This document shows, one piece after another, positions 26,328 to 34,735 of a stretch of 64,000 nucleotides of DNA. The translations under genes and the position numbers were made by a program. The stretch comes from Myxococcales bacterium. Lineage in GTDB: Bacteria; Myxococcota; UBA727; VGSZ01. Every line of letters begins with the position of its first letter. The first letter of the stretch is position 1. The stretch covers positions 43,370 to 107,369 of the forward strand of contig JAHFED010000012.1 of the NCBI GenBank assembly GCA_023248635.1, written 5' to 3'. The notes beneath the pieces are model-generated. The model did not search any database. It worked only from the letters and a program-made list of their open reading frames with translations, and was not told the origin of the DNA.

Positions 26328-28643
26328 CTATTTTTCGTGCATGACCCATGTGCCATCCCAATCCGGCGCCGGAGGCTGGGCCTTCATCATCTCACACCGC
26401 TCCAGGTAGATCCCAGAGAGCTTATCGTGACTGTTCAGGGCGAGCGCTTCCTTAAAGGAAGAGATGGCGCGATTCCACTGAGAATCACGGTAGTGTCCCA
26501 AACCGCTCTTGAAGTGATGACACACCTCTGGAAGATTGGGAAAGGTCTCTTCGTTGTAGTAATCCATCACCTCGAAGATGGCGACGGGCTTGGTCTTGCC
26601 CTTCACCACCACCCGATCGATCTCGCGAATGCGGTAGGTGCCCTTGAGGCGTCGGCTGGTGTTCTCGCTGATGAGAATGTGCGCCGCATATTGCTTGCAC
26701 GCGCTCTCGAGCCGGGCGGCAAGGTTCACCCCGTCGCCGATGAGGGTGTAGCCCATGCGCTTGGGCGACCCGATGTTGCCGGCCAGCACGTTGTCGGTGT
26801 TGAGCCCGATGCCGATGTCCAAGGGGCGTAATCCGCGCTCGACCCGATCGCGGTTCCAGTTCGCCAAGTCGGTCATCATCGAGATGGCCGCCCGCACGCC
26901 CCGGTCTTCGTCGTCGTCGTGGGCGATGGGCATGCCAAAAGCGGCCATGATGGCGTCGCCGATGAACTTGTCGAGCAGGCCGCCCTCGCGCTGAATCGAC
27001 TCCATCATGATCGTGAAGTAGTCGTTCAACAGGTTGACCGTGCCCTGGGCGCCCAGCTCCTCCGAGATGGTGGTGAAGCTGCGAATGTCGGAGAAGAGCA
27101 CCGTCGCCATGCCGGTCTTGCCGCCGAGGATGTCGCCGCCGTCGCCGAGGAGCTTGTCGGCGATGGAGGGATCGATGTAGCGCGACATCGTCGACTTCAT
27201 CCGCTTCTCGCTCGAGATGTCGTCGATCATGAGCATGGTGCCCAGCGTTCTCTTCTCGCCGCTCTTGAGTGGGGCCACCGTTAGGTTCACCGAGATCTTC
27301 TTGCCGCCGTATTCGAGGTCGGCGTCGGTGACGGTGTCGGGCTCTTTGGTCTCTTCGACCTTGTGAATCAGATCCAAGACGAATGTATTGGGCTCGGCGA
27401 AGAAGTCCTTTGCCTTCTGATTGATGATCGATGACGCCGGCATTCTAAGGATGTTTTGTCCGGCGGCGTTGCAGGTGATGATCTTGCGGTCGTCGTCGAG
27501 TGTGATGACACCATTCGACATCGATTCCAGCATGCTCTCGTTGTAGTTCTTGATGTTCTGCACATCATTGAAGAGCTTGGCGTTCTCGAGCGCGATGGAG
27601 ACCTGGGCGGTGAAGGCCCGCAGCCGGGATTCGTCTTCGGCGGTGAAAGGCCCGCCACGCTTGTTCAACACCTGGGTGACGCCGATGGTCTTGCCCTTCT
27701 TGTTGACGACGGGGACACACAAGATCGAACGCGTGAAGAAGCCGGTTTTCTTGTCGAAGGCGGGGTTGAAGCGCAGGTCAGCGTAGGCGTGGGGGATCTC
27801 CACCGACTTGCCTGAGGTGAAGACGGCGCCAGCGATGCCGAGGTGGTTGGGCAGACGGATGCCGCCTCTGACGTCGACGGCGCCGACCAGGGACCACAGC
27901 TCCTGAGTCTTTTCGTCGTTGAGGAAGAGGGTCGAGCGCTCGGCGTTGAGCATCTTGGTGGCTTCGTCCATCACCTTTTTGAGCAGGACGTTGATCTCGA
28001 TCTCGCTGGTGACCTCGGTGACGACCTCGAGGAAGCGCAGCTCCTGCGCGCGGGTCTTGTTCATGCGCTCGATGACCTGCGCGCCTTGGAGCGTCATCGA
28101 CGCCTGGGCACCCATGGCCTCGAGCAGCGAGAGCTCGTCGGCGTCGAACTCGCCTTCCTTCTTGTTGAGCAGCTGGATGACGCCGATGATCTCCGACTTC
28201 ACCGTGCGAATGGGTGCGCACAAGATGCTTCGGGTCAGAAAGCCGGTGCGCTGGTCAAAGACGGGATCGAAGTGCGGGTCGGCGTAGGCGTCGACGACGA
28301 TGGCGCCCTGCCCGGTGGTGAACACGTGGCCGGCGACGCCCTTGGAGCTCTGCACGCGCAGCTCACGGCTCAGGTTTCCCTGGGCGACGCGCGAGTAGAG
28401 CTCACCGGTGGTGGGATCGTGGAGAAAGAGGGTGCCGCGCTCGGCGCCCAGCTGGGTGCTGACGATGTTGACCAGGGTCAGCAGCACGTCGTCGAGGGTC
28501 TCGAGCCCGGCGGTCTTTTGGTAGACGTCGAGCAGGATCTCGGCGCGCCGCAGTCGACGCCATCCATCAGCACCCAGCGAGGGGGGACCGGCGACGACGA
28601 CGTCGGGGGGGCTGTTCAGGGCTGCGGGCTCAATTCCGGGCAT
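26328..28643 (-). CDS. Class III adenylate cyclase, GAF-GAF-PAS-cyclase-TPR-like
   Basis: Two GAF domains (GVAGHV/GIAGAV, DxxTGFxTRSILC), PAS (GVITLD), FSDIRSFT, DKFIGDAIMA, YTLIGDGVNLAARLE, VKGK; Lys/Thr specificity pair fits ATP. Confidence 0.93.
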   Translation of the reverse strand: MPGIEPAALNSPPDVVVAGPPSLGADGWRRLRRAEILLDVYQKTAGLETLDDVLLTLVNIVSTQLGAERGTLFLHDPTTGELYSRVAQGNLSRELRVQSSKGVAGHVFTTGQGAIVVDAYADPHFDPVFDQRTGFLTRSILCAPIRTVKSEIIGVIQLLNKKEGEFDADELSLLEAMGAQASMTLQGAQVIERMNKTRAQELRFLEVVTEVTSEIEINVLLKKVMDEATKMLNAERSTLFLNDEKTQELWSLVGAVDVRGGIRLPNHLGIAGAVFTSGKSVEIPHAYADLRFNPAFDKKTGFFTRSILCVPVVNKKGKTIGVTQVLNKRGGPFTAEDESRLRAFTAQVSIALENAKLFNDVQNIKNYNESMLESMSNGVITLDDDRKIITCNAAGQNILRMPASSIINQKAKDFFAEPNTFVLDLIHKVEETKEPDTVTDADLEYGGKKISVNLTVAPLKSGEKRTLGTMLMIDDISSEKRMKSTMSRYIDPSIADKLLGDGGDILGGKTGMATVLFSDIRSFTTISEELGAQGTVNLLNDYFTIMMESIQREGGLLDKFIGDAIMAAFGMPIAHDDDEDRGVRAAISMMTDLANWNRDRVERGLRPLDIGIGLNTDNVLAGNIGSPKRMGYTLIGDGVNLAARLESACKQYAAHILISENTSRRLKGTYRIREIDRVVVKGKTKPVAIFEVMDYYNEETFPNLPEVCHHFKSGLGHYRDSQWNRAISSFKEALALNSHDKLSGIYLERCEMMKAQPPAPDWDGTWVMHEK

Positions 28644-29313
28644 GGGCTTTCTCCAGCTCCTCACGAACGTTCCTGATGGTCGACTGCAGGTGGCCGGTCT
28701 CGGCCCGGTGGTACTGCGCGAGCGTCTCGAGCTGCTCGGCGTGCTGCCGCTGCAGCCGTTCGACGTCGTCGCGCAGCACCGCGATCGTGGCCTTGAGCTG
28801 GCGCGTTTCGTCGTCGGCCGCCCGCGTGACCTCGATGAGATCCTGGTTTTTGCCGTTGCGCATCTGCTCCAGCTGGGCCCGCAGCGCCTGAATGGTCTGG
28901 CGCAGCTCATCGTCGCCCGCCTTCGCCGCCGCGATGGCCCGAGCGGCCTCCTCGACGTGGATCGCACGCGTGCGTTCGAGCTCGTCGCGCAGCACAGCGA
29001 TGGTCGTCTTGAGCAGCTCCATGTCGGCCGCCGCCGCCAACGCCGCGACCTGGGCCCGGGCTTCGTGCTCGCCGCGCTGGGTCTCGAGTCGCTCGCGCAC
29101 GCTGGCCACCGCCGACTGCAGGTACGTCACCTCGTCGGTGACAGCCTGCGCCGCAGCCTGGGCCCTCAGCTCGCCATCGCCCAGGCTGCGTTCGAGGGCC
29201 TCGCGCAGGGCGACGATGGTCCCCTCGAGGTGCGCCCGATCCGGCTCAGGATCGTCGGCCCTGGCCTCGTCGGCGCTGGGCGTGGGGTGCGAGCGAGACG
29301 AAACGTGGTTCAA
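28630..29313 (-). CDS. Coiled-coil protein built of 36-aa tandem repeats
   Basis: LxxTIxxLRxxLE recurs exactly every 36 aa (5.5 units); overlaps the cyclase start. TTG start tentative. Confidence 0.75.
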   Translation of the reverse strand: MNHVSSRSHPTPSADEARADDPEPDRAHLEGTIVALREALERSLGDGELRAQAAAQAVTDEVTYLQSAVASVRERLETQRGEHEARAQVAALAAAADMELLKTTIAVLRDELERTRAIHVEEAARAIAAAKAGDDELRQTIQALRAQLEQMRNGKNQDLIEVTRAADDETRQLKATIAVLRDDVERLQRQHAEQLETLAQYHRAETGHLQSTIRNVREELEKAHARN

Positions 29314-29534
29314 TCCAACACCCTCTCGCCAGGTCCCCCGCGTTCGCCGCGGGGGCTCGTGCACACGTGGACACGCCCATTAGCATGGATCCCAGCACCC
29401 CTCCCCTCGATGGCCCTTCGCCTTGTTCGCCCGCGCCGCGCCCCGCTCCAGAATCCGCCCAACGAGGGGCTGCGCTGAGCGAGGGGCGGGCAAAAACAAC
29501 TGTTGTTCCGCTGCTCCACGACTACGCTGACCTG

Positions 29535-29996
29535 GTGCCTGAGCTTGTGCCCGGAAACAGAGCCCCCGCCTTCGCCGCAACGTCGACGGAGGGCAAGATC
29601 TTGACCCTCGCCGACTTCGCCGGGCGTTTCCTCGTCCTCTATTTCTTTCCCAAGGCCTTCACGCCCGGGTGCACCAAAGAGGCGCGGCGCTTTCGCGACA
29701 ACCACGAAGAAATCGAGCAGCTCGGCGGCGTCGTCATCGGCGTCTCCGTCGACGACGTCGGCGTGCAATGCGATTTTGCTCGCGAAAACCACTTGAGCTT
29801 TCCTCTCATCGCCGATCACGACGAGACCATGTCGAAGAGCTACGGCGTGACCCGAGGCTTTCTGCCTTTCAACAAGCGCATCACCTTCATCATCGATGGC
29901 AGCGGCGTCATCGTCGCCCGCTTTCACCACGAGGTGCAGGTGTTGAAGCACGTCGACGACGTCGTGGGCTTTTTGAGGGCTGCGCGCTCTGCCTGA
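29535..29996 (+). CDS. bcp: Peroxiredoxin, BCP/PrxQ family
   Basis: LYFFPKAFTPGCTKEA, IGVSVD, LSFPLIAD, RITFIID. Start uncertain. Confidence 0.88.
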   Translation: MPELVPGNRAPAFAATSTEGKILTLADFAGRFLVLYFFPKAFTPGCTKEARRFRDNHEEIEQLGGVVIGVSVDDVGVQCDFARENHLSFPLIADHDETMSKSYGVTRGFLPFNKRITFIIDGSGVIVARFHHEVQVLKHVDDVVGFLRAARSA

Positions 29997-30033
29997 ACGC
30001 CTTCGGCGAAGGCGTTCTCCGCCGAAGGCGTTC
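29995..30033. terminator. Inverted repeat between convergent genes, probable bidirectional terminator
   Basis: GAACGCCTTCGGCG (29995-30008) pairs with CGCCGAAGGCGTTC (30020-30033). Confidence 0.55.
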
Positions 30034-30043
30034 TTGAAGAAGC

Positions 30044-31960
30044 TCAGTTCTCGGCGAGCACGATCAACTTGTCGCCCGCCGCAAAGGTGATCGGCTGCGA
30101 TTTCTTGGGGCTGACAACGACGCCGTAGGACTTGTCGGCGGCGGCAGCGTCGGCGGCAACTTTGTAGCCGAAGGCGACCTCACCCTTTTGGGCGGCGGCG
30201 TTGATCAACGTCGAGAAGGTGACCGGGATGCCGGGCTTCACGTACTCGTTGACGGGCTTCAAGTAGACCTCGCTGCCCTCGGGCGAGAAGAGATCCTTGA
30301 ACACGATGTTGAGGTCCTTGTTCTCGGAGATCTGGCTCATCATCAAGCTCACCAGCCGATCGCTGACGATGAAGTCGTCGGCGTTGGTGACTTCGGCGAG
30401 GCGGCGGTTGGTGATGTCGAGCATCTCGCTGACGACGCTGATGCGCACGCCGGTCTTGCTGCCGATGTCGCGCAGGTGGAGCAAGGTGATCAGGGTCTTG
30501 GCGTCGGCTTTCTCGACGGGGAGCTCGTCGGAGTAGCAAAGGACGATGACGTGCTGGTAGGTGCCCACCTGGAGCGCGTCGAGGACACTGCGGTCGGTGG
30601 TGTCGTCCTTCTGGAAGGTCAACTTCTGCTTCGTGAGGTTGCCGCACTCGTGCTCGATGCTGGCCTCGGTGCCCTCGCTGTCGGAGACGATGTGCACCGC
30701 CGAACCGGCCGGCACGTAATTGTCGAGCTCGTTGACGACGCTGGGGCCGCGCCAATTCCAACCCAAGATCAAGGAACGCTCCGGCTTCGGCGGCGGCGGC
30801 GTCACCAAGGCAATGAGGCTGGCATCGGGCTTGGCCACGCTTCCGGAGATGACGATGGAGTCGTCGTCTTCGGCGATCACGATCAGCCGATCACCCGCGT
30901 TGATCAGCGTGTTCATCGGCGGGTTGAGGATGGGGCGACCGTTCTGGGGACGGACGCCGATCACCGCAGAGTCTTCGTGGGCGAGCAAGCACTCGGCGAA
31001 TTTGCGGTTGGTGAGCTGGGGCTCTTCTTTGAAATAGATTTCGACGCCGCCAAAGTCGAGCAATTCTGTATAGACGACCGACAGACCGGACTGACGGCAG
31101 GTCTGGGCCATGATGCGAGCGATGAGGTCGCCGACGAGGACCAGCTCGACCTCGTCCTTGCCGATCATCTCGGCGACCTGCACGTTTTTTGGATCGCGAA
31201 TCTCGGCAATCAGGTGATACTTGCCCTGCTTGCGCGACGGCGAATTGGTGACCGCCAGCAGGGCCTTGATGACGTCGACGTCGGGGTCTTCGCTCTTGCC
31301 TCCTTCTTCGGCGTCGGGGGCCAGCACCAGGATCGATCGGGCGCTGTCGACGCCGACGATGGCGAGGTCGTGGATTTCGACCGGACTGCCGGTGCGACAG
31401 ATGATGCGGGTCGTTTTGAAGTCCGAGATTTTGTCGCGGATCTCGTCTTCCATCTCGACCTTGTCCTTGGCGCCGAGGATCACGATGGCGGCGCGCTTGC
31501 GCGAGCTGTTGGCCTCGATGAGCTCGGTGAGGATCGGAAAGACCTGCTCGGACCACCCGAGGATCACGGTGTGGTCGACCTCGACGACGCGGGATCGGCC
31601 CTTGCGCAGCTGTTCGATCTGGGCTTCGAGGCCGGCGCTCAGCACGCCGATCAACGTCGACATCACGAAGATGCCGAGCAGCGTGACCAGCAAGGTGATG
31701 ATGCGGAAAGGCCAGCCGGCGTCGTCGGCCATGTTGCCGGCGTCGAAGGTGCGCATCAGCGACATCCAGGCCGCCTCGATGAACGAGAGGGCTTCGGCGT
31801 CGCCCTCGTTCTTGATGTGCGTGATCGCGATGATGAGCGCGAAGATGGTGATGGCGCCGCCGGTGACGAGCGTCAGCAGTCCGATGAGCGCGATGGTGCC
31901 CTTGGCCAGGATGTTGTCGAAGGCGTAGCGCAGGCGCTCGCGGGTGCTGAATTGGGTCAC
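30044..31960 (-). CDS. CASTOR/POLLUX/DMI1-like cation channel with two RCK domains
   Basis: RLRYAFDN, TM-pore(DAGNMA)-TM, RKGRSRV, HTVILGWS, AQTCRQSGLSVVYTELLDFGG.EIY, SPEGSEVYLKP; RBS GAGG. Confidence 0.9.
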   Translation of the reverse strand: MTQFSTRERLRYAFDNILAKGTIALIGLLTLVTGGAITIFALIIAITHIKNEGDAEALSFIEAAWMSLMRTFDAGNMADDAGWPFRIITLLVTLLGIFVMSTLIGVLSAGLEAQIEQLRKGRSRVVEVDHTVILGWSEQVFPILTELIEANSSRKRAAIVILGAKDKVEMEDEIRDKISDFKTTRIICRTGSPVEIHDLAIVGVDSARSILVLAPDAEEGGKSEDPDVDVIKALLAVTNSPSRKQGKYHLIAEIRDPKNVQVAEMIGKDEVELVLVGDLIARIMAQTCRQSGLSVVYTELLDFGGVEIYFKEEPQLTNRKFAECLLAHEDSAVIGVRPQNGRPILNPPMNTLINAGDRLIVIAEDDDSIVISGSVAKPDASLIALVTPPPPKPERSLILGWNWRGPSVVNELDNYVPAGSAVHIVSDSEGTEASIEHECGNLTKQKLTFQKDDTTDRSVLDALQVGTYQHVIVLCYSDELPVEKADAKTLITLLHLRDIGSKTGVRISVVSEMLDITNRRLAEVTNADDFIVSDRLVSLMMSQISENKDLNIVFKDLFSPEGSEVYLKPVNEYVKPGIPVTFSTLINAAAQKGEVAFGYKVAADAAAADKSYGVVVSPKKSQPITFAAGDKLIVLAEN

Positions 31961-32070
31961 GGCTTTCACCTCGTTCAGAAATTCTCTGCCCTCAGGCCGG
32001 GCGGCCCAAAGGGAGGCATGCGTTCCCACGAAGAGCCTGCACAGAGCAAGCGGCCGCTCCCAAATCCGCG

Positions 32071-33306
32071 TCAGCCCTTCACGCAAACCACCTGGTGGAG
32101 GGTGTGGACGACGTCGACGAGGTCGGCCTGGGCCTTCATCACCGCATCGATGTCCTTGTAGGCAGCCGGACTTTCGTCGACGACGTCTTCGTCCTTGCGG
32201 CACTCGATGCCTGCGGTGGCCAGGGCGTGGTCGGCGACGCTGATGCGCTTCTTCGCCTCCGTGCGGGACATCACCCGGCCGGCGCCGTGGCTGCACGAAT
32301 GGAAGCTGTCGACGTTGCCCTTGCCGCGCACGATGAAGGAGCGCGCCCCCATGGAGCCGGGGATGATGCCGAGGTCGCCTTCGCGGGCCCGCACCGCGCC
32401 CTTGCGTGTCACCAGCACGTCGCGCCCGTGGTGGTGCTCCCGGGCCACGTAGTTGTGGTGACAATTCACGGCCATCGACGTCGCCAGGAAAGGCGGGATC
32501 CCTTTGCACGACGACACCGCCTTGATCACGGCCTGCATCATCAGCTCGCGGTTGCAGGCCGCGAACTCCTGGGCCCAGGAAACGGCTTCGACGTAGTCGT
32601 CGAAGTGGGCCGTGCCTTCGGGAAAATACGCGAGGTTCTGATCGGGAAGGTTGATGAACCAGGAGCGCATGTCCTCCTTCGCCATCTCGATGAAGACCGA
32701 GCCGATCTTGTTGCCGACGCCGCGCGATCCCGAGTGCAGCATGAACCAGACGCGCTCCTCCTCGTCGAGACAGACCTCGATGAAGTGGTTGCCGGTTCCC
32801 AGCGTGCCCAGGTGGGTCACGTGGTTCGACTGCCCGATGCGCGGGTGCTTGGCGACGATGGCCTCGAAGCGCGTCGACAACGACGACCAAGCTTGGGCGA
32901 TTGCTGGGGGAGCGTCGTCGGACCACGAGCCGGTGTCGAAGGTGTGGCCCGAGCGTCCATGGGGCACCGCCTTTTCGATGGCCGCGCGCACGGGAGCCAG
33001 GGTCTCAGGCAGATCCGACGACGACAGCGACGTGCGCACCGCCATCATGCCGCAGCCGATGTCGACGCCGACGGCCGCGGGGATCACGGCTCCGATGGTG
33101 GGAATGACGCTGCCGACGGTGGCGCCGATGCCGACATGCACATCGGGCATCACCGCGATGTGACCGTGGATGAAGGGCAGGCGGGCCGCGTTTTTGAGCT
33201 GCTCGAGCGCGCGCTCATCCATCGGAACGCCGCGCGTCCACGACTTGATCAGCCCCCCGCCCTCGGTGCGATGGACCTCGAAGGGATCAGGCATCGACGA
33301 CGACAT
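32071..33306 (-). CDS. rtcB: RNA-splicing/repair ligase RtcB
   Basis: MPDVH, GVDIGCG, GTGNHF, HSGSRG, HHNY, PGSMG, HGAGR, DESPAAYK, terminal VKG. Confidence 0.96.
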   Translation of the reverse strand: MSSSMPDPFEVHRTEGGGLIKSWTRGVPMDERALEQLKNAARLPFIHGHIAVMPDVHVGIGATVGSVIPTIGAVIPAAVGVDIGCGMMAVRTSLSSSDLPETLAPVRAAIEKAVPHGRSGHTFDTGSWSDDAPPAIAQAWSSLSTRFEAIVAKHPRIGQSNHVTHLGTLGTGNHFIEVCLDEEERVWFMLHSGSRGVGNKIGSVFIEMAKEDMRSWFINLPDQNLAYFPEGTAHFDDYVEAVSWAQEFAACNRELMMQAVIKAVSSCKGIPPFLATSMAVNCHHNYVAREHHHGRDVLVTRKGAVRAREGDLGIIPGSMGARSFIVRGKGNVDSFHSCSHGAGRVMSRTEAKKRISVADHALATAGIECRKDEDVVDESPAAYKDIDAVMKAQADLVDVVHTLHQVVCVKG

Positions 33307-33360
33307 CGTTCACCCCGTCTGATGCATCGGCGCATCTCGAATCATCCCAAGTCCTATCGG

Positions 33361-33590
33361 ATTTTCTGGCTGGATCGCCAGCGAAGCGAGGCGCCGCCCG
33401 CGAGGGGAAGAATGTTCTCTTTGATCGCGAGCGGAGCGAGGCGGAAGAAGGGCCGCCCGCGAGGGGAAGAATTTTCTGTTTGATCGCGAGCGGAGCGAGG
33501 CGGAAGAAGGGCCGCCCGCGAGGGGAAGAATTTTCTGTTTGATCGCGAGCGGAGCGAGGCGGAAGAAGGGCCGCCCGCGAGGGCAAAGAA
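33361..33590. repeat. 59-bp tandem repeat (3 near-identical units + 1 degenerate), REP-like
   Basis: Unit ATTTTCTGTTTGATCGCGAGCGGAGCGAGGCGGAAGAAGGGCCGCCCGCGAGGGGAAGA at ~33412, 33471, 33530; the copy at 33361 lacks GAAGAAGGG. Confidence 0.92.
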
Positions 33591-33593
33591 TAT

Positions 33594-33646
33594 TCCGTGT
33601 CCGCATGATGCAGCCGACGCAGTCGGCAAAATCATGCGGACACGGA
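33594..33646. terminator. Long stem-loop (REP-like or terminator) just after the lipoprotein operon
   Basis: TCCGTGTCCGCATGAT / ATCATGCGGACACGGA perfect 16-bp stem plus inner GCCGAC-GCA-GTCGGC hairpin. Confidence 0.7.
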
Positions 33647-33647
33647 T

Positions 33648-34649
33648 TCAGTCGGAGCACCCGATGCCGATGTCGTCGACGTCCTGCAGGGGCACCAGAG
33701 TCGTGACCGTGGTGTCGTCGACGTCGATCAGGGTGAGCTCGTGGACGCCGTCGGGGTTCCCCTCGCGATCCAGGAAGAGCACCGCCATGCGTCCGTCGGG
33801 CAGCCCACAGGGCGAGACGACGTTGTTCAAGGTGGGCAGGGCAGGAGCGGGATCCCCAGCAGCGTCGAGACGCCAGATGGTCTCGGGGCTGTCACCGTTG
33901 ATGGGCCACGAGCCCTGAAAGACCACGCCCCGGGTGCTGGCGTGGGGAAACTGCGTGAAGGTGTTGCGCGGATTCGGCAGGGCATCGGGAGCGACGACGA
34001 CGACGAATCCGGTGCCGTCGACGCCGACTTCGCACGAGCTGGTGGCCCCGGACTCTGGCGCTCGATCGCCGCCGCAGTCGAAGAGCACGTTCTCTTGGTT
34101 GAAGGTCAAAGCCGGGCTGTTGTTGTCGACGAAGGTGGAATCCCCCGTCAGCAGTTGAGGAGCGCTCCAGCTCCCGTCGCCGCTGCGGTCGGTGCGGAAC
34201 AAGTCGATGTCGTGGGGGCCACCTTGGCTGCCGTAGATGATCATGTCGCCAGCGAGGTTGATGGCCGGAATGCCTTCCAGAAAGACCTCCGCGCCGCCGG
34301 CGAGCACGATCTCCGCGTCATCGAGGGCCGCGTTGGCGCGCACGAGCACCTCGCCGTTGTTGCTGAAGCGCTCGCTGGCGAGAGCGAAGAAGGCGCCATC
34401 GGTCGAGGGCGCCAGCCAGCGATCGTCTCCGGGCAGGGGGCCCGCCAGGGCGGCGCTGACGTCTTCGATCGCTGCCCCGTCGGCTGCGGCGATGCGAAAG
34501 ACCTTTCCCCCCAAGGTCCAGGTCACGTGCCCCCCGCCCGCCGGCGTGAAGGTCAGATCGTCATCGGCGGGTTTGCCAGACGGCGGCCCGCCGGGGGCCT
34601 CGCAGGCGACGATCAAGACCAGGGCGACCAGAGACCAAGACAAGCGCAT
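33648..34649 (-). CDS. Lipoprotein, TolB-like/PD40 beta-propeller
   Basis: Lipobox LIVA-C; repeats such as PSTDG, PAINLAGD, WSAPQLLT, SPALT. Confidence 0.7.
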   Translation of the reverse strand: MRLSWSLVALVLIVACEAPGGPPSGKPADDDLTFTPAGGGHVTWTLGGKVFRIAAADGAAIEDVSAALAGPLPGDDRWLAPSTDGAFFALASERFSNNGEVLVRANAALDDAEIVLAGGAEVFLEGIPAINLAGDMIIYGSQGGPHDIDLFRTDRSGDGSWSAPQLLTGDSTFVDNNSPALTFNQENVLFDCGGDRAPESGATSSCEVGVDGTGFVVVVAPDALPNPRNTFTQFPHASTRGVVFQGSWPINGDSPETIWRLDAAGDPAPALPTLNNVVSPCGLPDGRMAVLFLDREGNPDGVHELTLIDVDDTTVTTLVPLQDVDDIGIGCSD

Positions 34650-34735
34650 GCGGATTCCCCAGCTCATTTGGCGCCGGCACCGCGCCGTTGGGCGTCGGTT
34701 CGACGACGTTGTCAGCAGGCGGACGTCGGGCCGCG

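Noticed and set aside
26328-28643. Pycsar/CBASS anti-phage cyclase
   Set aside because: Ordinary ATP-specific Lys/Thr residues, sensory GAF/PAS domains and no adjacent cNMP-binding TIR or TM effector.
31961-32070. c-di-AMP or other riboswitch ahead of the ion channel
   Set aside because: No consensus elements recognisable by eye; an Rfam scan would be needed to exclude it fully.
30188-33483. Plus-strand 657-aa and 462-aa ORFs, and the 960-aa extension of the channel ORF
   Set aside because: Shadows of the channel and rtcB. The extension overlaps rtcB out of frame; the channel has its own RBS and GTG at 31960, so no RtcB-channel fusion is supported.
33361-33590. CRISPR array, or the short ORFs 33287-33660 spanning it
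   Set aside because: Contiguous tandem units with no unique spacers; the ORFs are just translations of the repeat in several frames.
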